This document shows, piece by piece, positions 12,461-24,460 of a DNA stretch of 35,789 nt. Source of the stretch: Octopus sinensis. Lineage: Eukaryota. The stretch lies in contig NW_021828073.1 of NCBI RefSeq assembly GCF_006345805.1, positions 1 to 35,789 of the forward strand. Direction: 5' to 3'. The first letter of the stretch is position 1. Each line of letters starts with the position of its first letter. A program made the position numbers and the translations under genes. Below the pieces are notes generated by a model, which worked only from the letters and a program-made list of their open reading frames with translations, had not been told where the DNA came from and searched no databases.

Positions 12461-12610
12461 TGATGGGCTTCCTCACAATTTATCAGATTCACTCTCAAGG
12501 TATTAGTTAGCCTGGACTATAGTAGAAGACAACTTGCCCAAGATGCTGCACTGTGGGACTGAACCTAAAACCACATTGTTGCAAAGTAAGCTTCTTAACC
12601 ACATCGCCAT
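12461..12610 (-). mobile_element. Major SINE, 5' half, diverged
   Basis: ctatagtagaagacaacttgcccaag...gggactgaacc. Confidence 0.75.
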
Positions 12611-13450
12611 ATCTCTATATTCTGGCTTTATTTATTTATTTATTATTATTTTTTTCTTTTCAAAAATATGTATTGTTGAAATAATTTCTCTTTTGGGAAA
12701 TGTCTCAGGGTGCATAAAGCTATCAGTAATAGTATGTAACTATTGGATTGCAAAATCCTTACAGACAGAAAAAAATTGAAAACTGAACATCAGAAATATG
12801 TTGTTGGCGTTGGTCGTCAAAACCGATATGCTGATCAGTATGTTAATTTTTTTTTTTTTTTGTCTTCATTTTCTCCTGATTGTTTTTGGCAAATGCCTGG
12901 AAGATTTGCCTGTCTGTGTATCATTTTAAAAAATACACCGAGAACACTTTTCCTTTCTCTACATCAAAAAGAATTAGGGACATCTTGGAAAACATGTATA
13001 AAATACAAAATAAAGAAAATTTGAAGATGAACAAAATGTGTCTGAGAATGTTCTAACAACATTTACAGACCTACATAATGCTATCTTATGGTATATTCTT
13101 CTTCTTCTTATTATTATTATTTTTAAGAAGTCTGCATAGGCAAATCTCTCTCTCTTTCTTTGGTAAGGCATGTCATTGTTGTTTCAAGAATTTTGCTTTA
13201 ATATATTATTGCATAGTTGTCTTGGAGGAGAGGAATGGTGAAGATGAAGAATTTCTGTGTTAGCTCTGGAGCATTGTCTCTTCCCACGGTTTTTGTCAAT
13301 GCTGTTTCATAGCACCATTTTCACTACAAGATACTCACTTTTGAAAAACCTCCGTCCATTAGAAGCTTTTCAACAGAAGAAATCACTTCATTCTTTGGTT
13401 GGATTTTATTGATCCACTGTATACCTCATATACATACATACATATGCATT

Positions 13451-13852
13451 CTCTTATTTTTTCTGCCATGTGACTGTGGCCATACTGGAGCACCACCTTT
13501 AGTCGAAGAAATCAATCCCAGGACTTATTCTTTGTAAGCCTGGTACTTATTCTATAGGTTTCTTTGGAAAATTCATTCAAATAGACCATTGGTTTCTTTT
13601 GCCAAGCACACTAAAATCAGTTGTCGAGCAATGGTGGGGCAACAAACACAGACACAAAGGAACACACAAATATATATGAATATACATACGACGGGCTTCT
13701 TTCAGCTTCTGTCTACTAAATTCACTCACAAAGCTTTGGTCACCTTAAGGCTATAGTAGAAGACATTTGCCTATGGTGCTATGCAGTGGGACTGAACCCA
13801 GAACTATGTAGTTGGGAAGCAAGCTTCTTACCACACAGCCACACCTGTGCCT
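13451..13852 (-). mobile_element. Major SINE, full length, diverged
   Basis: Head, B box and tail colinear with consensus. Confidence 0.88.
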
Positions 13853-13869
13853 ATATGTGTGTGTGATGT

Positions 13870-13903
<34 letters not shown>

Positions 13904-13904
13904 T

Positions 13905-14250
13905 TTTTTAGTCTACATGTTTCAGTCATTTCACTGCGACCATGCGGGAGCACCGCCTTTGGCCAAACAAATCAACCCCAGGACATATTCTTTATCAGCC
14001 TAGTACTTATTCTATCGGTCTCTTTTGCAGAACTGCTAGGTTACGGGGATGTAAACATAGCAACATCGGTTGTCAGGTGATGGTGGTGGGGGGAGAAATA
14101 CAAACATACATATATATATATATACGACGGGCTGCTTTTAGTTTTCATCTACCAAATCGACTCACAAGACTTTAATTGGCCCTTACCCAAGGTGTCATGC
14201 AGTGGGACTGAACCTGGCATGCTACTTGCCACAAAGCCACACCTTTGCCT
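13905..14250 (-). mobile_element. Major SINE with internal deletions
   Basis: tttcagtcatt...gggactgaacc...gccacacctttgcc. Confidence 0.85.
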
Positions 14251-14257
14251 ATATATA

Positions 14258-14288
<31 letters not shown>

Positions 14289-14390
14289 GTTTGTGTTTGT
14301 AACAAACACACACACAAACATGTAAATATATATATGTAAATATACATGTGTGTGTAAATATATATATTCACACACACACATATGTATGCA

Positions 14391-14453
<63 letters not shown>

Positions 14454-14682
14454 TGTGTGAGTAATGAAAGTTAGTTGCTCCAGTTTTCTGTAGCTACTGT
14501 AATTGTTGAGTATCTAAACAGACTGGCTTCTTGTTTCTCTGGGATCTGTCAAATTGATGTTGGCACCTCTGATGAGAATTGAATAAGATTGAAAAATCAA
14601 TTAAGGCTGTTCATCATTTTTTCAATCAAGAGGGAAATAGCCAAATGAATTCCCATTTAGACATCTACTCCATAGGTTACAT

Positions 14683-14716
<34 letters not shown>

Positions 14717-14761
14717 ATATATATATAGGAAGCAAATTGCTTAATCACGCAGCTACTCCGG

Positions 14762-14940
14762 AGTTGCAGGCATGGCTGTATGGTTAAGTTGCTTGATTCC
14801 CGATTAAATTTTGGGTTCGGTTCCACTTCATAGCACCTTGGGCAAGTATTTTCCTCTATAGCCCCAGGCCTTGTGAGTGGATTTGGTACACAGAAACTGC
14901 AAGAAGCCATTGTGTGTATAAGTTTGTGTATGTGTGTGTG
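14762..14940 (+). mobile_element. Major SINE, 5' half, diverged
   Basis: gcaggcatggctgtatgg...caccttgggcaagt...ttgtgagtggatttgg. Confidence 0.75.
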
Positions 14941-15453
14941 TATGTAAAAGTTTATGAAAATTTCATTGATACATGAAATCATATAATTCTTCTACCTTAT
15001 AACGGATAGAACCAATATGCAAACCTCATTGTATTGTTCATCATGCTAGAAATAGCAGTTAAATTTCTTTCAAATTACACCTGGCCATCCTTAAAAAGCA
15101 AGGTAAAAAAGAAAAAAAAGAAAGAGACCAAAGACAGTTTAGTTTTACATATTAAAAGTAGGACAGTGACAACTAGAATGTCTTACATTAGAGGTCTGCT
15201 CAAAGCAGAATTAGAAATTCTTTGTGGTATTGTTCTGACTCGTTACATCCTGAGTTCAAATCCTGCCATGGTCCACTTTGCCTTTAATCCCACCAAAACC
15301 ATTTAATTGATAAAGTAAACTATCAATCAAGCATGGGGGACAATTTAGACCTTCACTATTTAAACTAGCCAGATCTGGCCTCTTACACCTAGCCTACTTT
15401 GTCATTCTAAAAACAATCAATCACCTCTTCAAAGTTTCAAAGCTATTAGATTA

Positions 15454-15816
15454 TTCTTTTACTCTTTTACTTGTTTCAGTCATTTGACTGTGGCCATGCT
15501 GGAGCACTACCTTTAGTCGAGCAAATCGACCCCAGGACTTATTCTTTGTAAGCCTAGTACTTATTCTATCGGTCTCTTTTGCCGAACTGCTAAGTTACGG
15601 GGACGTAAACACAGACACACAAACATATACACACACACACATACATATATATATGATGGGCTTCTTTCAGTTTCCGTCTACCAAATCCACTCACAAGGCT
15701 TTGGTCGGCCCGAGGCTATAGTAGAAGACACTTGCCCAAGGTGCCATGCAGTGGGACCAAACCCGGAACCATGTGGTATGTAAGTAAGCTATTTAGCACA
15801 CAGCCACTTCTACGCC
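15454..15816 (-). mobile_element. Major SINE
   Basis: Tail and head intact, about 35-bp internal deletion. Confidence 0.92.
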
Positions 15817-15826
15817 ATATATATAT

Positions 15827-15918
15827 ATGACGGGCTTCTTTCAGTTTCCGTCAACCAAATCCACTCACAAGGCTTTGGTCGGCCCAAGGCTATAGTAGAA
15901 GACACTTGCCCAAGGTAC
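15827..15918 (-). mobile_element. Major SINE internal fragment
   Basis: Repeats the segment at 15655-15742 (gggcttctttcag...cttgcccaagg). Confidence 0.85.
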
Positions 15919-16074
15919 CATTTGAATAAATAAGCATTACATTTGATAATCTGAATGCTGAAGGGTTAATCAACTAATCCCCTCTCCCCTTAAAATTGCT
16001 GACTTTGTTTCTAAATCTGAAATATAAATATAGGTCTGCTCAATAAGGTCTAACCTTGGGCTGAACAAGGTTAG

Positions 16075-16279
16075 ATTGTTGCCATATTTCTGTTGAGATC
16101 CTCTGTGTTTCTTTCAATTAATTTTAAATATAAAAAAGAGTTTAGTAAAATAACTTTGTTATTGTTAGTGTTAGGAACATAAACTGTGACTAAGGCTTGG
16201 TGGAAGATTTTAATTAAGAACTTTTGAAAACAAGACATTTGTACTACAGAGCCAGAGACAATTTCAGGCAGCAAAAGGG
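16075..16279. mobile_element. TTAA-type MITE B copy
   Basis: Colinear with 24225-24445; ends aaaaggg-TTAA. Confidence 0.7.
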
Positions 16280-16431
16280 TTAAAGATGGGTGCCAAACAG
16301 GTTGGAATGTAAGGTTGGTATTAATCTGTAGAAGATTAAGTACTTTTTTTATTCCATAGATGAAGTGTAAGTTCCCAAAACTTGATATTTAAAATTTCAG
16401 TTGTTAGGAGGCTTTTTACATTTTTTAAAAA

Positions 16432-16465
<34 letters not shown>

Positions 16466-16475
16466 GTTATTAATT

Positions 16476-16720
16476 AAGGCAGTGAGCTGGCAGAATTGTT
16501 GGCACACCAGCATTTCATCTGTCTTGATGTTCTGTGTTCAAATTCCGCCAAGGTCGACTTTGCGTTTCGTCCTTTCACTGTTGATTAAATAAGTACCAGT
16601 TACACATTGGGGTCGGTGTAATCGACTACCCCCTTCTCCAAAATTTCAAGTCTAACTGATTTAGCCCCTCCACCCCAAATTTCAGGCCTTGTGCCTGTAA
16701 TAAAAAGGATTATTATTATT
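16476..16720 (+). mobile_element. Second SINE type with Meta-domain-like core and (ATT)n tail
   Basis: aaggcagtgagctggcagaa head, gttcaaattcc B box, gactttgcgtttcgtcctttc...aaataagtaccag core; the domain name is from memory. Confidence 0.65.
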
Positions 16721-17499
16721 TTCACAGCCTACCTGGCTACATTATGTGGTACCCCTATAAGCTACCATACATTTGTATGATGTAGTTCACAGTTTGGCAA
16801 TATTCTAAAGACCTCTGACATTATATTTCTTATCTAATGAATTAGGACATTAATTAATTATGATTTCTATCATACGCACAAAGCCACAAGTTTGTTAAGG
16901 AAGGAGCTAGTTCGTTAAATAAACCCCAGTAAAATGACTGATTAACAAGGGTTTTTTTTTTTTTTGATATGGAGGATAGACACTCCAAGTTTATAGATCA
17001 GTGAGAGAGGGGGGGAGGAAATATCAAATTGTGTTTGATATTCATACTTTAGTCAAGGGCATCAGCCATGTAACTGAAAATAGTTTTATCTAATTAGGAG
17101 ATCAAATCTGGGTCATGGACTTAGTTCAATGAAACTTTATCACCAAATAAAAGAAGTTAACCTCACTCAACAGTCATAACATTAAATAATAGACCATTTA
17201 TCGTCATAATCAGCATTTCAGTTGTTGCTTTTGTTTCCACTTTCTCATATGAGCATGGGTTGGATAGGTTTGTAATTCTACAAACTTTCCTATGATTTTG
17301 TATTATTGGCTTCCCTTTGTTAAGCAATGTGTTTTAGTTCTTTATTTTAATTATTTTTTCATCACAGGTTTGTAGCACCATTTCAAATATCTTCCACTGC
17401 CAATTCAGGTCCCCTGCCCACTCACATTTTTTAAAGATTTATTCCTAGAAACAAAATAATGTCATTTAATGCATTTATGAAATTTCTCTCATATTTAGT

Positions 17500-17877
17500 A
17501 GACGTAGGAGTGGCTGTGTAGTAAGTAGTTTGCTTACCAACGACATGGTTCCAGATTCAGTCCCACTGCGTGGGCAGGTGTCTTGTACTATAGCCTCGGG
17601 CCAACCAAATCCTTGTGAGTGGATTTGGTAAACAGAAACTGAAAGAAGCCTGTCATATATATGTATATATATATTTGTGTGTCTGTGTTTGTCCCTCCCA
17701 ACATTGCTTGACAACTGATGCTGGCATGTTTACATCCCCATAACTTAGCAGTTTAGCAAAAGAGACTGATAGAATAAGTATTAGGCTTATAAAGAATAAG
17801 TCCTGGGGGTCGATTTGCTTGACTAAAGGCGGTGCTCCAGCATGGCCACAGTCAAATGACTGAAACAAGTAAAAGAG
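17500..17877 (+). mobile_element. Major SINE, full length
   Basis: A and B boxes, internal (TA/TG)n, tail. Confidence 0.92.
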
Positions 17878-17965
17878 TATACCTTGTGCAGTTTTTCATG
17901 ATTTAATACATTTGAGCATCATACTAATGAGCAGTGTCTGTGCAGATAAAAAACAAAAAAAAAAA

Positions 17966-18267
17966 CTGGCCCCTGGTCAGTTACAGGATCCAGTTGATCC
18001 AATCAACTGAACAGCCTGATTGTGAAATTAATGTGCAAGTGGCTAATCTACCCTTAACGTAGTTCTCGGGGGAGATTCAGCATGACACAGAATGTTACAA
18101 GGCTGGCCTGATGAATTACTGGTACTACTCATTTTTGCCAGCTGAATGAACTGGAACAGCTTTGAAATAAAGTGTCTTGCTAAAGGCCACAATTCACTGC
18201 CAGGAATCGAACCCATGACTTTATAGTCTTGAGCCAAATACCCTAACCACCAAGCCACTCGCCTTCA
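17966..18267 (-). mobile_element. Third tRNA-derived SINE type
   Basis: A box TGGCTTGGTGG, B box GGTTCGATTCC, then cctttagcaagacactt...cagctggcaaaaatgagt. Confidence 0.75.
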
Positions 18268-18291
18268 CTGTCTACAAAGATAAAAAGGTAT

Positions 18292-18494
18292 ACTCTTTTA
18301 CTTGTTTCAGTCTTTTGACTGCGGCCATGCTGGAGCACCGCCTTTAATCAAGCAACTTGATCCCGGGACTTATTCTTTTGTAAGCCCAGTACTTATTCTA
18401 TCGGCCTCTTTTGCGGAACTGCTAAGTGACAGGGACATAAACACACCAGCATCGGTTGTCAAGCAATGCTAGGGGGACAAAGACAGACACACAA

Positions 18495-18529
<35 letters not shown>

Positions 18530-18701
18530 CATATATACGACAGGCTTCTTTCAGTTTCCATCTTACAAATCCACTCACAAGGCATTGGTCAGTCCGGGGC
18601 TATAGCAGAAGACACTTGCCCAAGATGCCATGCAGTGGGACTGAACCCGGAACCATGTGGTTGGTTAGCAAGCTACTTACCACACAGCCACTCCTGCGCC
18701 T
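18292..18701 (-). mobile_element. Major SINE, full length
   Basis: Near-identical to the 8136-8545 copy. Confidence 0.93.
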
Positions 18702-18726
18702 ATGAATGAAGTATCTCTATTACTTT

Positions 18727-18825
18727 AAGTATTGGGGTCGATTTCTTTTACTAAACCCTTCAAGGAGGTGCCCCAGCAAGGCCACAGTCCAATGACTGAA
18801 ACAAGTAAAAGATAAAAGAGATAAG
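18727..18825 (+). mobile_element. Major SINE 3' fragment
   Basis: ggggtcgattt...gactgaaacaagtaaaagataaaag. Confidence 0.8.
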
Positions 18826-19368
18826 ACTTGTACAAGAAATACTCAATGACAGCCAGTCTGTCAACCATAAGATATCATCACATCTTTGACCCTTCCTTAT
18901 AAAACATTATTGCGATTAGTTTATTTGCGATGAAAATCACAGCTATTAGGGGTCACAGGTTTGCTGGAGGCGTGATTTAAGTGATAGGGCTAAAAGGGTT
19001 AGGTATTCTGGCTACAGAATCAGGATAACACTTGTGACAGGATATCAGTGCCGATGACCTTTTAAGCTAGTAACCCAACACCTAGTCAGATTTACGATCT
19101 GCTGGCACTAAACAAATAAACTTCAACAACCTAAGGTCATCATATTTTAATATTTCATCAACAATCTTTACTTTCGTCTAAGCTACCCTTAAGGTTAAGT
19201 TAAGCACCAAAATCCCTGTTAACTGCAAATACCAAATGCTATCCACAAAATCTCTCTCTGTGTGTTCATGCTGATATGTTGGCCTGACCTATCTATCTAC
19301 TTATATGTGTGTGTACATATATATATAGACACACACATACAAACATTTCAGATATGTATATATGTATT

Positions 19369-19890
19369 ATCATCATCATCGTCATCATTTAACATCCGCT
19401 TTCCATGCTAGCATGGGTTGGACGGTTCAACTGGGGTCTGGGGAGCCCGAAGGCTGCACCAGGCCAGTCAGATCTGGCAGTGTTTCTACAGCTGGATGCC
19501 CTTCCTAACGCCAACCACTATGAGAGTGTAGTGGGTGATTTTATGTGCCACCGACACAGGTGCCAGACGAGGCTGGCAAACGGCCACGCTCGGATGGTGT
19601 TTTTTATGTGCCACCGACACAGGTGCCAGATGAGGCTGGCAGACGGCCACGCTCGGATGGTGTTTTTATGTGCCACCGACACAGGTGCCAGATGAGGCTG
19701 GCAAACGGCCACGATCGGATGGTGTTTGTTACGTGCCCACAGCACGGAGGCCAGTCGATGCGGTACTGGCTACGGCCACGTTCGGATGGTTTTCTTGTGT
19801 GCCACCGGCACTGGTACCACAAAGATACAAATTCCATTGATGTTCATCTATTTTGATTTGTTTTGATTTTCACTTGCCTCAACAGGTCTT
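19369..19890 (-). mobile_element. RTE-clade LINE copy 4, 3' UTR only
   Basis: Reverse complement of the same 3' UTR: (ATC)n tail, palindrome at 19403-19416, three 62-bp units at 19538-19723; truncated at aagacctgttgaggcaag. Confidence 0.93.
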
Positions 19891-19918
19891 ATGTATATAT
19901 ATACATAGGCATATGTAT

Positions 19919-19965
<47 letters not shown>

Positions 19966-19970
<5 letters not shown>

Positions 19971-20160
19971 ATCCAAACAAGAAAGCACAAAAAAACACAA
20001 CAACGCGAGGATGTGGAACAAATATAGTATTATTGGACGCTCAGGAAAGAAGGAGGGTTTAACGTTTTGAGTGGAGCTCTTCGTCGGAAACATAGGAAAA
20101 GGAAAGATCCAGAGAAGGGAGGACAGAGGGGAAAAAAATCACCAACAGTACACAGCCGGT
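19966..20160 (-). mobile_element. Penelope-like terminal-repeat remnant (family P1) with degenerate hammerhead
   Basis: Homologous to 35392-35578; minus strand 20091-20057 reads GUUU-CCGACGA-AGAGCuccACUC-AAAAC-GUU-AAAC; flanked by (TA)n. Confidence 0.6.
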
Positions 20161-20200
20161 CATATATATATATATATTTGCATATGTATATATATATATA

Positions 20201-20365
20201 CTTTATTTAAAGCAGCAGAAAATTCAACAAAATCTGTTACTCTGAGTTTCTCATTCCCGTTCATCAGACAGTTTTTGCTAGATTCTAGCAAAAACTGTCT
20301 GATGAACGGCAACGAGAAACTCAGAGTAACAGATTTTGTTGAATTTTCTGCTGCTTCAAATAAAG
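20201..20365. mobile_element. 165-bp near-perfect palindrome, head-to-head Penelope-like repeats (family P2)
   Basis: 82-bp arms around a single T at 20283 with about 3 mismatches; each arm carries a hammerhead core. Confidence 0.75.
20295..20332 (+). ncRNA. Minimal type I hammerhead ribozyme motif
   Basis: CUGU-CUGAUGA-ACG(GCAA)CGA-GAAACUC-A-GAGU-A-ACAG: intact core, stem I CUGU/ACAG, stem III ACUC/GAGU, weak stem II. Confidence 0.6.
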
Positions 20366-20434
20366 CATATTACTCTACCACTGGTATTTGAGTACTCTTT
20401 TTTCCACCTTGTTTCACATTTATGTGTTTACTCC

Positions 20435-20468
<34 letters not shown>

Positions 20469-20622
20469 CATATGTATATATACATGTATATAAATTAGAG
20501 AAGAACCACGATATAGCAATTTAACAATGATATACTTAAATCATACCATTTAGAAAAAAATTAAAGATACAATAAAACATTTACCTAGAACTAAATAAAG
20601 TACAAAATAATAAATAAATATA

Positions 20623-21045
20623 GGCGCAGGAGTGGCTGTGTGGTAAGTAGCTTGCTAACCGACCACATGGTTCCGGGTTCAATCCCACTGCGTGACATCT
20701 TGGGCAAGTGTCTTCTGCTATAGCCCCGGTCCGACCAATACCTTGTGAGTAGATTTGGTAGACGGAAACTGAAAGAAGCCTGTCGTATATATGTATATAT
20801 ATATATGTGTGTGTGTGTGTGTTTGTGTGTCTGTGTTTGTTCCCCTAGCATTGCTTGACAACCGATGCTGGTGTGTTTACGTCCCCGTCACTTAGCGGTT
20901 CGGCAAAAGAGACCGATAGAATAAGTACTGGGCTTACAAAAAGAATAAGTCCCGGGGTCGAGTTGCTCGACTAAAGGCGGTGCTCCAGCATGGCCGCAGT
21001 CAAATGACTGAAACAAGTAAAAGAGTAAAAGAGTAAAAGAGAGAG
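20623..21045 (+). mobile_element. Major tRNA-derived SINE, best-preserved copy (used as reference)
   Basis: ggcgcaggagTGGCTGTGTGG A box, GGTTCAATCCC B box, internal (TA)n(TG)n, (GTAAAAGA)3 tail. Confidence 0.95.
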
Positions 21046-21089
21046 TATATAATTAGTAAATAAACTATATGCATATATGTATATATATA

Positions 21090-22372
21090 TAGCAACGAAT
21101 TGCCTTACCACATACCGAATTTAGAAATAGCAGTCAAAGAGTTATAGCTATTTCTTCTACTAAAAAGGGAGATCTCAGTAAAAACAGCAATTGGAAGGCA
21201 GACACAAACAGGTAAGAGAGAATGAATTGACGGCAATCTATCATACAATTTTAAGTTATCTACGGACGCACGTTTCGAAATCAAGTTTTTAGGAAAGCAT
21301 AAGAATTAAATATTAAATAATTCTACCTTACCAAAACTTCTTTTCTCTTCAGCGTAGAATACTATAATCATAAATGATTATATATTGAATTTTGAGATAC
21401 TAGAAGGCACCAACTCAACTCCGTATCAGAGCGAGCTAAAATCCGCAACTAGTATCACCAAATTCAATGTGTGAATGAAAAGATTGTGTCACCAGCCCCT
21501 TCCCACCTGCGTGTAGCCAAAACAAGATGCTGTGGTCATCTACTGAGATAAAATATGGTTATCCGTAATAATGAAGGGTGAAATTAATTAATTTGGAATA
21601 ATTATCAATTACTATTTCTAAATTACGAATTTCTAAATTCGGTATGTGGTAAGGCAATTCGTTGCTAAACCCTTTATTGCTTAGTATTACTTAAATTTTC
21701 CTCGAATGAGGCTTTTACATGCCGAAGACTACTTGGTGTAATTGATAATTATTCCAAATTAATTAATTTCACCCTTCATCATTACGGATAACCATATTTT
21801 ATCTCAGTAGATGACCACAGCATCTTGTTTTGGCTACACGCGGGTGGGAAGGGGCTGGTGACACAATCTTTTCATTCACACATTGAATTTGGTGATACTA
21901 GTTGAGGATTCTAGCTCGCTCTGATACGGAGTTGAGTGGTGCCTTCTAGTATCTCAAAATTCAATATATAATCATTTATGATTATAGTATTCTACGCTGA
22001 AGAGAAAAAAAGTTTTGGTAAGGTAGAATTATTTAATATTTAATTCTTATGCTTCCTAAAAACTTGATTTCGAAACGTGCGTCCGTAGATAACTTAAAAT
22101 TGTATGATAGATTGCCGTCAATTCATTCTCTCTTACCTGTTTTGTGTCTGCCTTCCAATTGCTGTTTTTACTGAGATCTCCCTTTTTAGTAGAAGAAATA
22201 GCTATAACTCTTTGACTGCTATTTCTAAATTCGGTATGTGGTAAGGCAATTCGTTGCTAAACCCTTTATTGCTTAGTATTACTTAAATTTTCCTCGAATG
22301 AGGCTTTTACATGCCGAAGACTACTTGGTGTAATTGATAATTATTCCAAATTAATTAATTTCACCCTTCATT
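21090..22372. repeat. Inverted plus partial tandem duplication of a 592-bp unit
   Basis: 21090-21612 is the reverse complement of 21738-22259; 21629-21779 is directly repeated at 22221-22371. Confidence 0.93.
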
Positions 22373-22374
22373 AT

Positions 22375-22375
<1 letters not shown>

Positions 22376-22410
<35 letters not shown>

Positions 22411-22859
22411 CATGTGTGTATCTATATATATGTACATATATATATGTATATGTGTATATGTATATATATATTTATATATATGTATGTATATGTATATATA
22501 TATGTTTATATATATGTATATGTATATATATATATATGTATAAGTATCTATATGTATATATATGTGTGTATGTATATACATATATATATATGTATGTATA
22601 TATATGTGTATATATATATATATGTATATATATATGTCTGTGTATGTATATTTATTTATATATGTATATATTTATATATGTGTGTGTATATATATATATA
22701 TGTATATATTTATATGTGTGTGTGTATATATATATATATTATATATATGTCAATTTATATATATGTATGTCTGTATTTATATATATGTATATATATATAT
22801 ATATTCACATATATGTCTATATATATATATATATATATACATACATACATATACGTGTG

Positions 22860-22893
<34 letters not shown>

Positions 22894-22990
22894 TATATGT
22901 CTGTATATATATACATACATACATATACATGTATATATATATATATATACATATATGTCTGTATTTATATATATGTATATATATATATAC
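22376..22990. repeat. Compound (TA)n/(TG)n microsatellite
   Basis: Direct inspection. Confidence 0.98.
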
Positions 22991-23464
22991 TCTAGTTTTC
23001 AGATTTTCTGCTCCATATTAATATATATCCCAACAGCCAGGAACAGAAATCAATTTTTTTTTTTTTTAAACCAGAAGAATTATTTTTGCATTACGCCCAA
23101 ATTTATATTCTGTATTCCCTACCATCGCCATACTTTATTGAGCAACACCAATTTACTAAAACAACAGCAGTAACACCACCCCCACCACACACATGCTGTA
23201 ATCATTAATCACTATGTTGTTGCCATCTCTTAATCCTGCACTGATTAAATTTATAAATATAATAATAATGGAAAAGAAGAATTTATAATCATAATAATTA
23301 ACCAAATTAACATTATGTAAATTCAAAGTTTCCACTGAATAATATTTCAACCTTAATTCCTTTCCTTGAACCTATTTGACTTTTTTTTTTGTCTTTTATT
23401 TATTTCTGAATTGGAAACAAATCACTCATAAGATCTGTGTGTAGAGTTTGGTTAATAAGGCACT

Positions 23465-23660
23465 GGGGTAGACATGTGGTTTAGAAGTTTGGTTTTTTAA
23501 CTGCATGGTTCCAAGCTCAATCCTATGGTTTGGCTCCTTCAGCAAGTATCTTCAACTCTTGCCTCAAGGTGATAAACGACTTGCAGATAGAATTTTGTAG
23601 CTGGACATTATGTGCATAATCCTCTGTGTGTGTGTGTGCGTGTGTGTTTGTGTGTGTGAG
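23465..23660 (+). mobile_element. Old, highly diverged SINE 5' half
   Basis: tgtggtttagaagttt...catggttcca...cagcaagtatcttc then (TG)n. Confidence 0.55.
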
Positions 23661-23690
23661 TTCTGTAGAACAAATAGGATAAATAAATTT

Positions 23691-23993
23691 GGCACCTTGG
23701 GCAAGTGTCTTCTACTATAGTCTCAGGCCAACCGAAGCTTTGTGAGTGGATTTGATACATGGAGACTGAAAGAAGCCTATCATGTGTGTGTATCTGTGTT
23801 TGGTCCCGTCCCCCGCATCACTGCTTGACAACCGATATTGGTGTGTTTATGTAACTTACCGGTTCAGCAAAAGAGACCAATAGAATAAGTACTAGGCTTA
23901 AAAAATAAGTCCTAGGGTCAATTTGTTCAACTAAAACCCTTCAAGGTGGTGCTCCAGCCTGGTCGCAGTCAAATGACTGAAAGAAGTAAAAGA
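23691..23993 (+). mobile_element. Major SINE, head truncated
   Basis: ggcaccttgggcaagtgtcttc...gactgaaagaagtaaaag. Confidence 0.88.
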
Positions 23994-24016
23994 CTATCAT
24001 CATCATCATTATTCAA

Positions 24017-24460
24017 CCCTTTAGCATTCCGATTCCTCTGACAAATGTAATGCTTGTTTATTCACATTGTTTTGAATTAATCAGGCATTAGCTCCTAGCT
24101 TTGAGATTTTGATGATGTGATTGTTTAGTTTTGGAATGACACTGTAGGGTTGGTGTGAGAGGCTAGATCTGTCCAGTTTGAAAATAAACATGCAGAATGT
24201 TTTGGCTGGATATGGCCAGTTTAACCCTTTCATTACTGTATTTATTTTGAGATGCTCTGTGTTTCTTGCAATTAATTTTAAATATAACAAAGAGGTTAAT
24301 AAAATAACTGAGTTATTATTAAGCTAGTGTTAGGAACATAAATTGTGACTAAGGTTTGGTGGAAGATTTTAATTCAAAACTTATGAAAACAAGACATTTG
24401 TACTCAGAGTCAGAGCTGGTTTCAGCTGGGTTGGTAATGAAAGGGTTAAATGCTAAAGAG
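24017..24460. mobile_element. piggyBac-like MITE A (host of MITE B)
   Basis: TCAA-CCCTTTAGCATT ... ATGCTAAAGAG-TTAA. Confidence 0.75.
24225..24445. mobile_element. piggyBac-like MITE B, 221 bp
   Basis: TTAA-CCCTTTCATTAC ... GTAATGAAAGGG-TTAA; perfect 12-bp TIR and TTAA on both sides. Confidence 0.85.

Larger units (their letters stand above)
15349..15965. mobile_element. TTAA-type MITE A interrupted by SINE copies
   Basis: Reverse complement of the 24017-24220 interior; right end aatgctgaaggg-TTAA; split at 15454-15918. Confidence 0.65.

Noticed and set aside
14549-14600. CTGATGA...GAAA as a hammerhead
   Set aside because: No credible stem I, II or III pairing
20623-20700. SINE heads as tRNA genes
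   Set aside because: A and B boxes are present but there is no complete cloverleaf, and each continues into SINE body sequence
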